Origin: Desulfobacterales bacterium
GTDB taxonomy: Bacteria > Desulfobacterota > Desulfobacteria > Desulfobacterales > UBA2174
Length of the DNA stretch: 64,000 bases
Reading direction: 5' to 3'
NCBI GenBank assembly: GCA_963668645.2
Contig: CAXXWC010000019.1
Location: 416,001 to 480,000 of the forward strand
In this document: in pieces, positions 19,656-29,831 of the stretch
How the letters are laid out: each line of letters opens with the position of its first letter
Numbering within the stretch: the stretch's first letter is position 1
Translations under genes and position numbers: made by a program
Notes under the pieces: model-generated
The model's input: only the letters and a program-made list of their open reading frames with translations
Told to the model about the DNA's origin: nothing
The model's database searches: none

Positions 19656-20926
19656 GGGACGATGACCTCCATACCACCCATGTAGGGACGCAGGGCCTCG
19701 GGGATGCGGATCGTGCCGTCGGCCTGTTGACAGTTTTCGCAGATGGCGGCAACGGTGCGGCCCACCGCCAGGCCGGAGCCATTGAGGGTATGCACCAGTT
19801 CGGTGCCCCGCTTTGCCTTGCGCCGAAAGCGCAGATCGGCTCGGCGGGCCTGAAAGTCTTCGAAGTTGCTGCAAGAGGAGATCTCCCGGTAGACTCCCTG
19901 GGCCGGCATCCAGACCTCGATATCGTATGTCTTGGCCGCCGAAAAGCCGAGATCTCCGGTGCACAGGGTGATCACCCGGTAGGGCAGATCGAGACGCTGC
20001 AGGATCGTTTCGGCGTCCGCCAATAACCGCTCCAGCTCATCATAGCTGGTTTCGGGAAGCACCAGCTTGACCAATTCGACCTTATTGAACTGATGTTGGC
20101 GGATCAGCCCCCGGGTATCTTTGCCGTAAGAGCCGGCCTCGGATCGAAAGCACGGGGTATGGGCCGTATAGCGCAAGGGCAGCTGCTCCTCGTCCAGGAT
20201 GCGGCCGGCATGAATATTGGTCACCGGCACTTCGGCGGTGGGAATCAGAAAATAGTCCCATCCTTCCAGCTTGAACAGGTCGGCTTCAAATTTGGGCAAC
20301 TGCCCGGTGCCGGTCATGGTGGTACGGTTGACGATAAACGGCGGCAGAACCTCCCGGTAGCCGTGCTCCAGGGTATGCACATCGAGCATGAAATTGATCA
20401 GGGCCCGTTCCAGACGCGCGCCGGCGCCAAAATAAAGGGGAAAACGCGCGCCGGCGATCCGGGCGGCGGTATCGAAATCGAAAATCCCCAGCCTGGTGCC
20501 CAGATCCCAATGGGCCTGGGGCGTGAAGTCGAAATCCGGCACCTCACCGACAACGCGTACCAGGGTGTTGGCACTTTCGTCGCGACCGACGGGAACACTG
20601 GAATGGGGAAGATTGGGGATATTGAACAGCATCTCGCGCAGCTGGCCGTCCGCTTCGGCCTGGGCCCCTTCGAGGCTCTTTATGGTCGTGGAGACCTCGC
20701 GCATTTCAGCCATCATCTCTTCGGCGGGTTGGCCGGACTTTTTCATCCGCGCGATTTCTTCACTGACCACGTTGCGTCGATGACGAAGGGCTTCGATGCG
20801 CTGCAAGTCCTCACGTCGTTTTGCATCCAGGGTTAAAAAGGATTCCAGATCGATGTCGGTTCCCCGATCGGCCAGGGCTTGGCGTACCCGATCGGGATTT
20901 TGAGTGATGGTCTTGATATCCAGCAT
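19652..20926 (-). CDS. serS: Seryl-tRNA synthetase
   Basis: MLDIK start, [39 protein letters not shown]. Confidence 0.98.
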   Translation of the reverse strand: MLDIKTITQNPDRVRQALADRGTDIDLESFLTLDAKRREDLQRIEALRHRRNVVSEEIARMKKSGQPAEEMMAEMREVSTTIKSLEGAQAEADGQLREMLFNIPNLPHSSVPVGRDESANTLVRVVGEVPDFDFTPQAHWDLGTRLGIFDFDTAARIAGARFPLYFGAGARLERALINFMLDVHTLEHGYREVLPPFIVNRTTMTGTGQLPKFEADLFKLEGWDYFLIPTAEVPVTNIHAGRILDEEQLPLRYTAHTPCFRSEAGSYGKDTRGLIRQHQFNKVELVKLVLPETSYDELERLLADAETILQRLDLPYRVITLCTGDLGFSAAKTYDIEVWMPAQGVYREISSCSNFEDFQARRADLRFRRKAKRGTELVHTLNGSGLAVGRTVAAICENCQQADGTIRIPEALRPYMGGMEVIVP

Positions 20927-21067
20927 GACGATTCCTATTATAGAGGGCTGTGGATCCGCACAGGATCCTGAAAAAAGTAGCAGAGGCCAAGGCGGCCGGA
21001 AGGCAAGGCCTTGAAACGATTCGAAACCTTAGTATGGACAACCCATTTAGTCAATGATTATTATAAG

Positions 21068-21096
21068 TTGACTTTGTTTGGGGGGTTACGTATAGT
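21068..21096 (+). promoter_or_regulatory. Sigma70 promoter of 5-FCL-pcm-DUF368
   Basis: TTGACT-N17-TATAGT, about 60 bp upstream of the ATG. Confidence 0.7.
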
Positions 21097-21155
21097 AATA
21101 TGCGTCTGCGTTGAAACGTAACAACAGCCACCGAAGCCCGCTCAGGAGGCGATTG

Positions 21156-21743
21156 ATGGAGGATTATACGACCGTTCATGCTGAACTTCGGCAGCAGGCG
21201 ATGGCGGCAATTAACCATTTGTCCAAAACGGAGCGCGATGAACGGACCCGGGCGATTGAAGCACGCCTGTTCGATTTTGCCAACTTTCTCGAAGCCCGTA
21301 TCGTAATGATGTACCTGCCCGCCGAAGGTGAAGTCGATACGCACAAAATGATTCAACGGGCCCTCGACTACAACAAGATCGTCGTTCTGCCGGCCTTCGA
21401 CCCCCAACGCAAAGACATCCGGCTTTTAAAGATTGACAATCTGGAGGCCGATCTGTGCAGCGACGAGGGGGGCCGGCTCGGCCCGGATCTCCGGCAATGC
21501 CGCAAGGTGCCGCTGGACGTAGTCGATATCGCCATCCTGCCCGCGGTAGCCCTGGACGAAAAGGGAGGCCGCATCGGGCGCGGTGAACGCTATTTTGACC
21601 GCCTGATTCCCAAATTGGCCGTCACCACCCGCAAGGTGGCGCTGGGTTTCGAAGAGCAACTCCTGCCCCAGATTCCCATGGAATCCCATGACAAGTTCGT
21701 GGACATCATTATTACCAATCAACGGACCATCTATAAAATCTGA
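21156..21743 (+). CDS. 5-formyltetrahydrofolate cyclo-ligase family protein
   Basis: 'EVDT', 'PAVALDEKGGRIGRG...FDR', 'PMESHD..VD'. AGGAGG RBS. Confidence 0.88.
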   Translation: MEDYTTVHAELRQQAMAAINHLSKTERDERTRAIEARLFDFANFLEARIVMMYLPAEGEVDTHKMIQRALDYNKIVVLPAFDPQRKDIRLLKIDNLEADLCSDEGGRLGPDLRQCRKVPLDVVDIAILPAVALDEKGGRIGRGERYFDRLIPKLAVTTRKVALGFEEQLLPQIPMESHDKFVDIIITNQRTIYKI

Positions 21744-21787
21744 GCCCGATCAACAGGGATTGTCCGCCCCGACAACAGCATGGGATC

Positions 21788-22444
21788 ATGACCCAGGAAC
21801 CGGTTAAATTCAAAAGACAACGCGAAGAGATGGTCCGGTCGCAGCTTATGGCCCGTGGCATCAGTGACGTGGCGGTATTGGCGGCCATGGAAAGAGTGCC
21901 GCGGCACCGCTTCGTCAGCGAAGCCTTGATGGATCAGGCCTACGGCGACTTTCCCCTGCCCATCGGCGACCAGCAGACCATTTCCCAGCCGTTTATCGTG
22001 GCGCAGATGACTCAGGCCCTGGACCTGCAGCCATCGGACCGGGTGCTGGAAATCGGCACCGGTTCCGGCTACCAGGCCGCCATTTTGGCCAAGATCGTCG
22101 CCAAGGTATATACCGTCGAGCGCATTTACAATCTTTATCAGCGCTGCCGCAAACTCTTCGACACGCTGCGCTACCACAACATTGTCATGCGTTATGCCGA
22201 CGGCACCACCGGGTGGTCGGACGAAAGCCCTTTTGACGCCATCATCGTCACTGCCGGGTCTCCGGGCGTTCCGGAAGTTTTGCTCAGGCAGTTGGCCCGT
22301 GGCGGGCGCATGATTCTGCCGGTGGGCAACCAGTACACCCAGGAACTGGTCAAGCTGACGCTGACCCAGGAAGGTCTGGTGAAATCCCGCCTCGGCGGAT
22401 GCCGCTTCGTCAAACTGGTGGGCGAATACGGCTGGAAAGAGTAG
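21788..22444 (+). CDS. pcm: Protein-L-isoaspartate O-methyltransferase
   Basis: VPRHRF, QTISQP, VLEIGTGSGYQAA, PFDAIIVTA, CRFVKL. Confidence 0.96.
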   Translation: MTQEPVKFKRQREEMVRSQLMARGISDVAVLAAMERVPRHRFVSEALMDQAYGDFPLPIGDQQTISQPFIVAQMTQALDLQPSDRVLEIGTGSGYQAAILAKIVAKVYTVERIYNLYQRCRKLFDTLRYHNIVMRYADGTTGWSDESPFDAIIVTAGSPGVPEVLLRQLARGGRMILPVGNQYTQELVKLTLTQEGLVKSRLGGCRFVKLVGEYGWKE

Positions 22445-22447
22445 CCC

Positions 22448-23437
22448 ATGACCTGGAAAGAGGCTTTTTTCGCCAGTCCGGGGCCGGACAGCTTTCGCGC
22501 GGCGGGCATCCTGGGCCTCAAGGGCCTGCTGATGGGTACCGCCGACATCATTCCGGGTGTTTCGGGCGGCACCATCGCCCTGATCACCGGAATCTACCAG
22601 AATCTGCTCGAAGCCATCAAATCCGCTGATTTCAAGGTGCTGCGGCTCATTTTACGGGGCGAGTGGAAAATGGCCGTCGCGCGACTGCACCTGCGGTTTT
22701 TGCTGCCCCTGCTGCTGGGGATCGCCACCGCCCTTTTGACCCTAGCCCGCCTGATCAACTACCTGATACAAAATTATCCCACCGTTGTCTGGAGCCTTTT
22801 TCTAGGCTTGGTGGCCGCATCGGTGATGGTGGTGGCCACCAAAATCTCGCGCTGGAACGCGGCCGGCGGGGTCGCGGCGGCGGGCGGCTTCGGCCTGGCC
22901 TGGGTTCTGGTCCATCAGGTTCCCCTATCGACCCCCGAAACGTGGGGTTTTGTCTTTCTTTCGGGCATGGTGGCGATTTGCGCCATGATCCTGCCCGGCA
23001 TCAGCGGGGCTTTTATCCTTCTGATCCTGGGCAAGTACGCCTTTATCACCGGAACGTTGAAAAACCCATTGCTGCCGGCCAACATGATAATCATCGGCGT
23101 GTTCTGTGCAGGCTGCCTGGTGGGGGTCATGCTCTTTTCCCGGTTGCTGCACCGCCTGCTCGCCAGCCATTTCGATCCCACCATGGCCTTTTTGGCCGGT
23201 TTGATCGCCGGCGCCCTGCCCCGCCTGTGGCCCTGGCAGCAGGTCGTGGCAAGCCGTGTCATCGACGGCAAAATCCATGTCATCGCCACGCACAACGTAC
23301 TTCCGGCAGATATGGGCACCGCCTTTTGGGCCTTGATCCTCTTTCTTTTCGGCGCCGCCGCCGTACTGGTGATCGAGCGCGTCGCACACACCGGAATGCC
23401 GGCAACCCCTGATCCGCGCCGCCGAGCAGACCGTTAA
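22448..23437 (+). CDS. DUF368 membrane protein (undecaprenyl-phosphate translocase family)
   Basis: GTADIIPGVSGGTIALITGIY and AMILPGISG repeats; multiple TM helices. Confidence 0.9.
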   Translation: MTWKEAFFASPGPDSFRAAGILGLKGLLMGTADIIPGVSGGTIALITGIYQNLLEAIKSADFKVLRLILRGEWKMAVARLHLRFLLPLLLGIATALLTLARLINYLIQNYPTVVWSLFLGLVAASVMVVATKISRWNAAGGVAAAGGFGLAWVLVHQVPLSTPETWGFVFLSGMVAICAMILPGISGAFILLILGKYAFITGTLKNPLLPANMIIIGVFCAGCLVGVMLFSRLLHRLLASHFDPTMAFLAGLIAGALPRLWPWQQVVASRVIDGKIHVIATHNVLPADMGTAFWALILFLFGAAAVLVIERVAHTGMPATPDPRRRADR

Positions 23438-24342
23438 AAAAGTTCCCGGCCTTCGATGGCGGCGTGCAAAAACCGGCCAAAGGTCTGCCCCAGAGGAGAG
23501 GCGCTGCGCCGGCGATGGCGGATGAGAAAAAAGGACCGTTTCAGAGACACCCCTTCCACCGACAGGGCCTTCAAGGTGCCTTGGGCCAGTTCCTCGGCTA
23601 CGGCGATGGGCGAAAGGATCGAAACTCCGACGCCGCTTTTAATCCCCTGAATGACCGCAGCGGTATTGCCCAATTCGGCGACGATGTTCAACTGGCGCAA
23701 ACGGGTGCCGGCCTGATGCAAGCCGGCCTGGATGGTAGCCAGGGTCCCCGAGCCCTGTTCACGCACCACGAAGGGTTCGCCGGCCAACTCTTCGATGGTC
23801 ACCTGCCTGCGAGCGGCCCAGGAATGGCCGGCCGGCACGATCAGAAGCATCTCGTCTTCAAGCAGCGGCTCCTGAATTGCATTGCGATCATTGGTTTGGG
23901 CTCCGACGATGCCGATCTCCAGCTCGCCGCCGAGCACCTTCTCGATGATCTGGCGGCTGTCGGCGATTTGCAATGAGACCCGGATCTGCGGATGCTGGCG
24001 TGTGAATCGACCGATCACCGACGGCAGGATGTAGGTGCCGGGGATCGTGCTGCCGCCCACCAGCAGATGGCCGCAGATCGAGCCCTGGTGGGCGGCCATG
24101 GCCGCTTCTGTCTCATCGCGCAGAGCCATCAACCTCAGGCCGTAGCGGTAGAGGATCTCGCCGGCGCTTGTGGGCAGGGCCTCTTTGGCAAGACGGTCGA
24201 TAAGGCGGCAGTTGAAGTGCTGTTCAAGCGCCTGAATATGGCTGCTGATCGTCGGCTGGGAAAGGTGGATGGCACGCGCCGCCCGGGAAAAACTCTTATA
24301 CTCGATGACTTTGCAAAAAATCCGCAGCTGCCACAGGTCCAT
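23434..24342 (-). CDS. LysR-family regulator (CysL/selenium-metabolism-associated type)
   Basis: HTH 'SFSRAARAIHLSQPTISSHI', 'GGSTIPGTYILP', 'REQGSGT'. Confidence 0.9.
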   Translation of the reverse strand: MDLWQLRIFCKVIEYKSFSRAARAIHLSQPTISSHIQALEQHFNCRLIDRLAKEALPTSAGEILYRYGLRLMALRDETEAAMAAHQGSICGHLLVGGSTIPGTYILPSVIGRFTRQHPQIRVSLQIADSRQIIEKVLGGELEIGIVGAQTNDRNAIQEPLLEDEMLLIVPAGHSWAARRQVTIEELAGEPFVVREQGSGTLATIQAGLHQAGTRLRQLNIVAELGNTAAVIQGIKSGVGVSILSPIAVAEELAQGTLKALSVEGVSLKRSFFLIRHRRRSASPLGQTFGRFLHAAIEGRELF

Positions 24343-24377
24343 TGTGTGCCTCCATCTTCAGGTGGGCACGGCCCATT

Positions 24378-24875
24378 TTATTTTTTAGGCGGGCATTGGG
24401 CGAACTTTTCGGTAATACGCCGGTTCACCTCGGGCGGAACCATATCGGAGATATCGCCGCCGAATTTGGCCGCTTCCTTGATGATCGAACTGCTGGTAAA
24501 AATCCAGCGGAAACTGGTCATCAGAAAGACCGTTTGCACTTCACGGTTGAGCTTGCGATTCATCAGGGCCAGCTGAAATTCATACTCGAAATCGCTCACG
24601 GCCCTCATGCCCCGCAGAATCGCATGGGCACTGCGGTGATTGGCGTAGTCGACCAGCAGACCATCAAAAGAATCCACTTCAACGTTTTCGAAATCCGCCA
24701 GGGTCAGGCGCAGCATTTCGAGCCGCTCGGAGACGGTGAAAAGTGCCTTTTTACCGGGATTGTGCAGAACCGTGACGATAACACGATCGAAAATCTTCAG
24801 TCCACGTTCAATGATATCCAGATGTCCGTTGGTGATCGGGTCGAAGGATCCGGGGTAAATGGCGACATGCTGCAT
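24378..24875 (-). CDS. coaD: Phosphopantetheine adenylyltransferase
   Basis: YPGSFDPITNGH, RGMRAVSDFEYE, SSSIIKE. Confidence 0.97.
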   Translation of the reverse strand: MQHVAIYPGSFDPITNGHLDIIERGLKIFDRVIVTVLHNPGKKALFTVSERLEMLRLTLADFENVEVDSFDGLLVDYANHRSAHAILRGMRAVSDFEYEFQLALMNRKLNREVQTVFLMTSFRWIFTSSSIIKEAAKFGGDISDMVPPEVNRRITEKFAQCPPKK

Positions 24876-24938
24876 CAGACGAAATACTCCTGGTTTCGAT
24901 TATTCGGGCAAAGTGGGTCCAAAAAAGAACGCGGCCCT

Positions 24939-25490
24939 TCATAACATGCGCTTCAAAAAGGAGACAAGGCTTTTCCCGTAGCGGCGCTGGTCAACAGCGC
25001 TCCAGGACGGCGCCAAAGGCGGCAGGGGCTCATGCAAAGCGTGTTCAAGGATGAGGACGGCCCGAGGCGGCAAGACCGCCGATCGGGTCCAGCAGGCCAG
25101 GGCCGGGGCCACCAGGCCCTGGGCGTAGGGCGGGTCCATGAAAGCCAAATTGCACGCCGGCAGACCGATCTGCGGACTCGGCTCACGGCAGGCATCCCAC
25201 CGCACCACCCTGGCCTGGCGGGAAAAATCGCAGGCATCTATGTTGCGCTGGATCAGGCTCACTGCCGCGGCGCTCTGATCGATAAACCAGGCGGCGCCAG
25301 CCCCCCGGCTCAGGGCTTCGATGCCCATAGCACCGGTTCCGGCAAACAGATCGAGAACCACCGCCTCGGCGGAAAGGGGGCCGAGAATATTGAAAATGGT
25401 TTCCCGGAGACGGTCGGTGGTGGGCCGGATCGACCGATTCAACGGGGTAAAAAGGCGCTTTCCGCGCCGCTGGCCGGCAATGATGCGCAA
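24939..25490 (-). CDS. rsmD: 16S rRNA m2G966 methyltransferase
   Basis: RIIAG, RPTTDRLRE, LDLFAGTG, EALSRGA, DPPY; canonical rsmD-coaD pair. Confidence 0.93.
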   Translation of the reverse strand: MRIIAGQRRGKRLFTPLNRSIRPTTDRLRETIFNILGPLSAEAVVLDLFAGTGAMGIEALSRGAGAAWFIDQSAAAVSLIQRNIDACDFSRQARVVRWDACREPSPQIGLPACNLAFMDPPYAQGLVAPALACWTRSAVLPPRAVLILEHALHEPLPPLAPSWSAVDQRRYGKSLVSFLKRML

Positions 25491-25540
25491 CCGCGGTCCC
25501 TTTTTTAAGGCCTCTTCGGCCGCCCCTTCGAAATTCTTTT

Positions 25541-26767
25541 TCAGCCAGCTGCGGGTGCCCCCGGTGACAGCGGCGGCCGGCGCGATGCCGCAGCGCCGTT
25601 CATAGAGCCGCAGTAAGCGGTGGGGATGTCCTCCAGGGTGATGACATCCCGCTCGACAAGGATGTCGAGCCGCTCGACAAGGTTGCGCAATTCGCGCACA
25701 TTTCCCGGCCAGTTATGGCGGCAGAGGGCCTCCACGGCCTCGGGGGTGATCGACTTGGCCCGGCTGCCGTTCTGGGTGGCGATCTCCTGAAAGAAGATAT
25801 CCACCAGGACCGGGATATCTTCCAGCCGCCGGCGCAACGGCGCAATGTGTATCGGAATCACGTTCAATCGGTAATAGAGGTCCTCACGGAAACGGCCCGC
25901 CGCCATCGCCTGCTCGAGGTCCTTGTTGGATGAGGCGATCACCCGCACATCGACGGTCAGGGTGCGGCTCCCGCCGACGCGCTGAAATTGCATTTTTTCC
26001 AGAAACTCGAGTATCTTGCCCTGGGTCTTGAGACTCATGTCGCTGATTTCATCCAAAAAGAGGGTCCCGCCGTGGGCCATCTCGAAGCGGCCCCGTTTTT
26101 TGGGCGTACCGGCACCGAAAGCTTCTTTTTCGTGCCCGAACAACTCACTTTCGATCCGCTCCTCGGGAATGACGGCGCAATTGACCACCACCAGGGGCTG
26201 GTCGGCCCGCGGGCTCAAATGATGGATCGTGCGGGCCACCAGTTCCTTGCCGGTGCCGTTCTCACCGGTGATCAGCACCGAAGCGTCCTTGGGGGCGGCC
26301 GCAGCGATGATCTTGCGCAGCTCGCGGGTGGACGGGCTTTGACCGCTGATGGAATTTTTCTCGATGGTCTTTTTGCGCAAGTACCGGTTCTCTTCTTCGA
26401 GCCGCCTGAAATTCAACGCGTTGTTGATAGAGACAATCAGCTTCTCGATGGAAAGGGGCTTTTCAATCATATCGAAGGCCCCATGCTTGATCGCCGTGAC
26501 CGCCGTTTCAATGTTGCCGTGCCCCGTGATGATCACCACCGGCAAAAAAGGATGCTCTTTTTTGATCTCGCGCAGGGTCTCGATCCCGTCGATGCCGGGC
26601 ATCCAGATATCGAGGACCACCAGATCCGGAGCCTGGACCTCGATCTGCTTGAGCGCCTCGTAGCCGTTGGAAGCCGTAAGGACCTCGTAGCCTTCATCTC
26701 CCAGCAACCCCCCGAGGGATTGAAGAATGGACGGTTCGTCGTCGACGATCAGAATAGATGGAAACAT
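25541..26767 (-). CDS. NtrX-like response regulator (REC-AAA) lacking GAFTGA and the C-terminal HTH
   Basis: REC (LDIWMP), GENGTGKE, LFLDEI and RFREDLYYRLNV are present. The GAFTGA loop reads EAFGAG and the ORF stops at 408 aa. Confidence 0.85.
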   Translation of the reverse strand: MFPSILIVDDEPSILQSLGGLLGDEGYEVLTASNGYEALKQIEVQAPDLVVLDIWMPGIDGIETLREIKKEHPFLPVVIITGHGNIETAVTAIKHGAFDMIEKPLSIEKLIVSINNALNFRRLEEENRYLRKKTIEKNSISGQSPSTRELRKIIAAAAPKDASVLITGENGTGKELVARTIHHLSPRADQPLVVVNCAVIPEERIESELFGHEKEAFGAGTPKKRGRFEMAHGGTLFLDEISDMSLKTQGKILEFLEKMQFQRVGGSRTLTVDVRVIASSNKDLEQAMAAGRFREDLYYRLNVIPIHIAPLRRRLEDIPVLVDIFFQEIATQNGSRAKSITPEAVEALCRHNWPGNVRELRNLVERLDILVERDVITLEDIPTAYCGSMNGAAASRRPPLSPGAPAAG

Positions 26768-26917
26768 TTACAATCCTTGCCTAAAATTATTTCCTTGACG
26801 CTTATGCGAGCCCACCTTTGGACTTTCTTCACCGGTCTGAGCGGGCTTGCACCGTGCACTGCGGCCGGCCGCCACTGCCCCAGCCCGCAAGCGCTTCGCG
26901 CCCTCTTCCTATCCACC

Positions 26918-29179
26918 TCAGGCCGGAAGTTCAATGACAAACTTTGCCCCTCGCGGAACGTTGCTTTCCGCCCGAACGGTGCCGCCATGTTCGGAAAGGA
27001 TGGTGTTGACGATGGTCAGCCCGAGTCCCATCCCGGCCTTTTTGGTGGAAAAATTCGGTTCGAAAAGCCGGGACCGGTTCTTTAAAGGAATGCCCATGCC
27101 GTCGTCGGCCACCTCTATCAGGACCGAGCCGTGTTCGGCATCATGGGCCAGGGTCACCGTGACCGTGCCGGCCCGGCGCACGGCGGTCACGGCATTGTCA
27201 ACCAGATTGATCAGCGCCTGCTTGATTTGCCGGCGGTCGATGTGAAGGCTGGGAATCGGGTTGCGCACATCGATGCCAAAACGCACCTGGTCGTAGCCTT
27301 CACGGTAAAGGGCGATGGTCTCTTCGACGATGGGCAGCAGCTCGCAGGGTTCACGCACCGCGGCGGGAAAACGTGCAAACGCCGAAAATTCGTTGACCAT
27401 GTTGCGTATCAATTCCACGTGATCAATGATCATGCGCACACATTCTTCGAAAACCGGCTCGTTGAGCCGTGCGGCATACTTGCGTTTGAGACGCTGGGCC
27501 GAAAGGGTGATGGGGGTGAGCGGGTTTTTCACCTCGTGGGCGATGCGCCGGGCCACTTCACGCCAGGCCGCCATTCGCTGGGCCTTTTCCAGCTCGGTCA
27601 GATCGTCGAAGACACAGACCACTCCCATGTGGTGGTTGCTGTCGTCGGTCAGGGCACTGGCATGGGCAATGAAACTGCGAGGCTGGCCGGCCACGGTGAC
27701 CGACAGGGGAATTTCCAGGGTCTCGCCCGGCGTGGTGAGCAATCTTTCCACGATCTGGGTGGCCATCTCGAGCTGTTCGCCGGAAAGCACATGCGAGTAA
27801 GGACGATCGAGGATCTGGTCGGCCTGCACATCAAGCATCCGTTCGGCCGATGGATTGAAATTGGTGATGCGGCCATCGGCCGCCACCGAAACCACCCCGG
27901 CGGAAACATTGCGCAGCAAGATCTCCATATATTGCCGGCGCGCCTCGATTTCCACATTGCGCTCGCGCAGGGTGCGGGCCGAGGCCTCGAGCTGCTCGCG
28001 GCTCGAATGCAGGTCACGGGTCATCTGGTTGAAGGCGTTGACCAGACTGCCCATCTCGTCGTCGGCCGGCATGGCCAGGGTAAAGCCGAGATCCCCCTCA
28101 GCCACCCGGCGGGTTCCGTCCGCCAGCTGGCCGAGGGGGATGGTGATGCTTTTGGCCAGGAAAAAGGCGAACCAGATGGCGCAGAAAACCACCAGCAATC
28201 CCACGATGGAGAGGGTGAGGTAATACGTGATGCGGATCGGCTCCTTGAGCCGCTTTATCTGCTGATATTCGGCAAATCCCCGGGAGATGGAATCCAGCTT
28301 CAGCGCCAGTTCCGGATCGAGAACCTGAGTGAGCACCACATAGGCTTGGGCCTCTTCCCGGGACGCCCCGAACGGGACCGTGGCAACGGTGCGCATCAAC
28401 TCACCGTAGGCGGCCGAATGGGTCACGGTCCTTACGCCCCCGGACGGTATTTCCGCCAGCAGTTCTTCGCTGGACAGCAACGGCATGCGCCCCTCTCCCG
28501 GGCTGTCGGCAGCGGCCATGTCGATCCGCTGCGCCCCCGGGTCATACACTTCCACGGCATGGATGTTGAACGCCCGCTGTACCACGTGCAGGTAATTGTT
28601 CAGGTTCTTGCGCCGTCCGGCCTCCATGTATTTCTTGACCCGGATCTGATAGGCCACCCGTTCGAGAAAAAAACGGTTGGTGGACTCGGCGCGCTGATAG
28701 ATCTTCTGCCCCACGGCCAGGGAGTTGGCCAAGGCCTGCTCCACCGGCACGTTGAACCAGAATTCGATGCTGGTGGTGATGAAGTTGAGGGAGAAAAAAA
28801 ACAAAATCGAGGTCGGCAAAAGGGTCAGGGCGATGAAGGCCACCACCAGCCGCGTGCGCAGCTTGGCCCCCATCACGCGCCGCCGGCGCTCGTAGAGCAG
28901 CTTTACAAGATTTCGAAAAACAAGAAAGATCAATAAGATAAGAAGAATCAAATTGATGTTGATGACGATGAACATCAAGATGGTGTTCGAAACTGGAATC
29001 CCGGCCCCAAAATGCAGAATCTGGGTTTCGGCGTAGGTCAGGGCAGCCATCAGCCCCAGAATGGCGACGATGAGGATTCTTTCGCGCCGCCGGCGGCGGC
29101 GTTCGTCTTCGGACAGCACGACAGCGGCAGGCTGGGCAGGACTGGAAGTCATGGCCAATGAGGGCGACATGGGCAGCAA
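26918..29179 (-). CDS. NtrY-like sensor histidine kinase (TM-HAMP-PAS-HisKA-HATPase; start uncertain)
   Basis: 'KLRTRLV..F', 'SIEFWF', HAMP 'DEMGSLVNAFNQM', 'AWREVARRIAHEVKNPLTPI'. Confidence 0.92.
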   Translation of the reverse strand: MLPMSPSLAMTSSPAQPAAVVLSEDERRRRRRERILIVAILGLMAALTYAETQILHFGAGIPVSNTILMFIVININLILLILLIFLVFRNLVKLLYERRRRVMGAKLRTRLVVAFIALTLLPTSILFFFSLNFITTSIEFWFNVPVEQALANSLAVGQKIYQRAESTNRFFLERVAYQIRVKKYMEAGRRKNLNNYLHVVQRAFNIHAVEVYDPGAQRIDMAAADSPGEGRMPLLSSEELLAEIPSGGVRTVTHSAAYGELMRTVATVPFGASREEAQAYVVLTQVLDPELALKLDSISRGFAEYQQIKRLKEPIRITYYLTLSIVGLLVVFCAIWFAFFLAKSITIPLGQLADGTRRVAEGDLGFTLAMPADDEMGSLVNAFNQMTRDLHSSREQLEASARTLRERNVEIEARRQYMEILLRNVSAGVVSVAADGRITNFNPSAERMLDVQADQILDRPYSHVLSGEQLEMATQIVERLLTTPGETLEIPLSVTVAGQPRSFIAHASALTDDSNHHMGVVCVFDDLTELEKAQRMAAWREVARRIAHEVKNPLTPITLSAQRLKRKYAARLNEPVFEECVRMIIDHVELIRNMVNEFSAFARFPAAVREPCELLPIVEETIALYREGYDQVRFGIDVRNPIPSLHIDRRQIKQALINLVDNAVTAVRRAGTVTVTLAHDAEHGSVLIEVADDGMGIPLKNRSRLFEPNFSTKKAGMGLGLTIVNTILSEHGGTVRAESNVPRGAKFVIELPA

Positions 29180-29188
29180 GGGCCCATA

Positions 29189-29761
29189 TCAATAGATAAA
29201 GTCGACGGTATACCAGTCGGTTTCGAAATCCCACATGGATAAGAAAAACAGTACATAGTGCAGGTAGAAAGGCAACGTCAAGCGGCTCAGCTCCGCTTTG
29301 GCACGAAGCTGGTACTGGCGCCCCTTCTCGAGCCGGTTGAGCGCCACCACCTTCAAACCTTCCACCGAGGCCATCCACTGGCAGGCTTCTTCCAGGGAGC
29401 GCGTGACACGGGGTTTGCCCGGTTCCCAGGAGCGCGTGACGGTGAATTCCTTTTTAAGAGTTTCGTAGCGCAGTGTGTGGGTAACCGTGATATCGGCGAT
29501 TTGCCGATCAAACCAGAAGCGTCGCACCGCGTAAAGGGAGGTCAGAAAGGAAAAACTCGTCGGTACGCCGGCGAGGATGGCTTGACGGATGTCTTCGCGG
29601 AAAGCGCCCTCCACCCGCAGGTAGATGAGCAGATCGTCCCTTGTATTGGTGACCGTCAGGTCGGTAAGGCGGGCCTCCTGAGCATAACCTGGCGGCACTC
29701 CGGATATCGTCAGGGTCAACAGGCAGCAAAAGGCCAAAATGAGGCGTCGCGAAACCGTCAT
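29189..29761 (-). CDS. DUF4390 exported protein
   Basis: Signal peptide, C-terminal 'WDFETDW', position directly upstream of ntrY-like gene. Confidence 0.82.
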   Translation of the reverse strand: MTVSRRLILAFCCLLTLTISGVPPGYAQEARLTDLTVTNTRDDLLIYLRVEGAFREDIRQAILAGVPTSFSFLTSLYAVRRFWFDRQIADITVTHTLRYETLKKEFTVTRSWEPGKPRVTRSLEEACQWMASVEGLKVVALNRLEKGRQYQLRAKAELSRLTLPFYLHYVLFFLSMWDFETDWYTVDFIY

Positions 29762-29831
29762 GGTCGTCCATTCCAGGCCTCGTCAGGCCATTTGCGGCGG
29801 CACGGAGGAAAAATCGAACACCACCACCGGC

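Noticed and set aside
20927..21155. 6S RNA (ssrS), which often precedes the 5-FCL gene
   Set aside because: A strong sigma70 promoter sits only ~60 bp before the ATG, leaving no room for a ~180-nt RNA, and no long hairpin is visible.
25501..25543. Selenocysteine or stop read-through at the NtrX-like TGA
   Set aside because: Read-through adds only 11 residues before TAA and does not restore an HTH.
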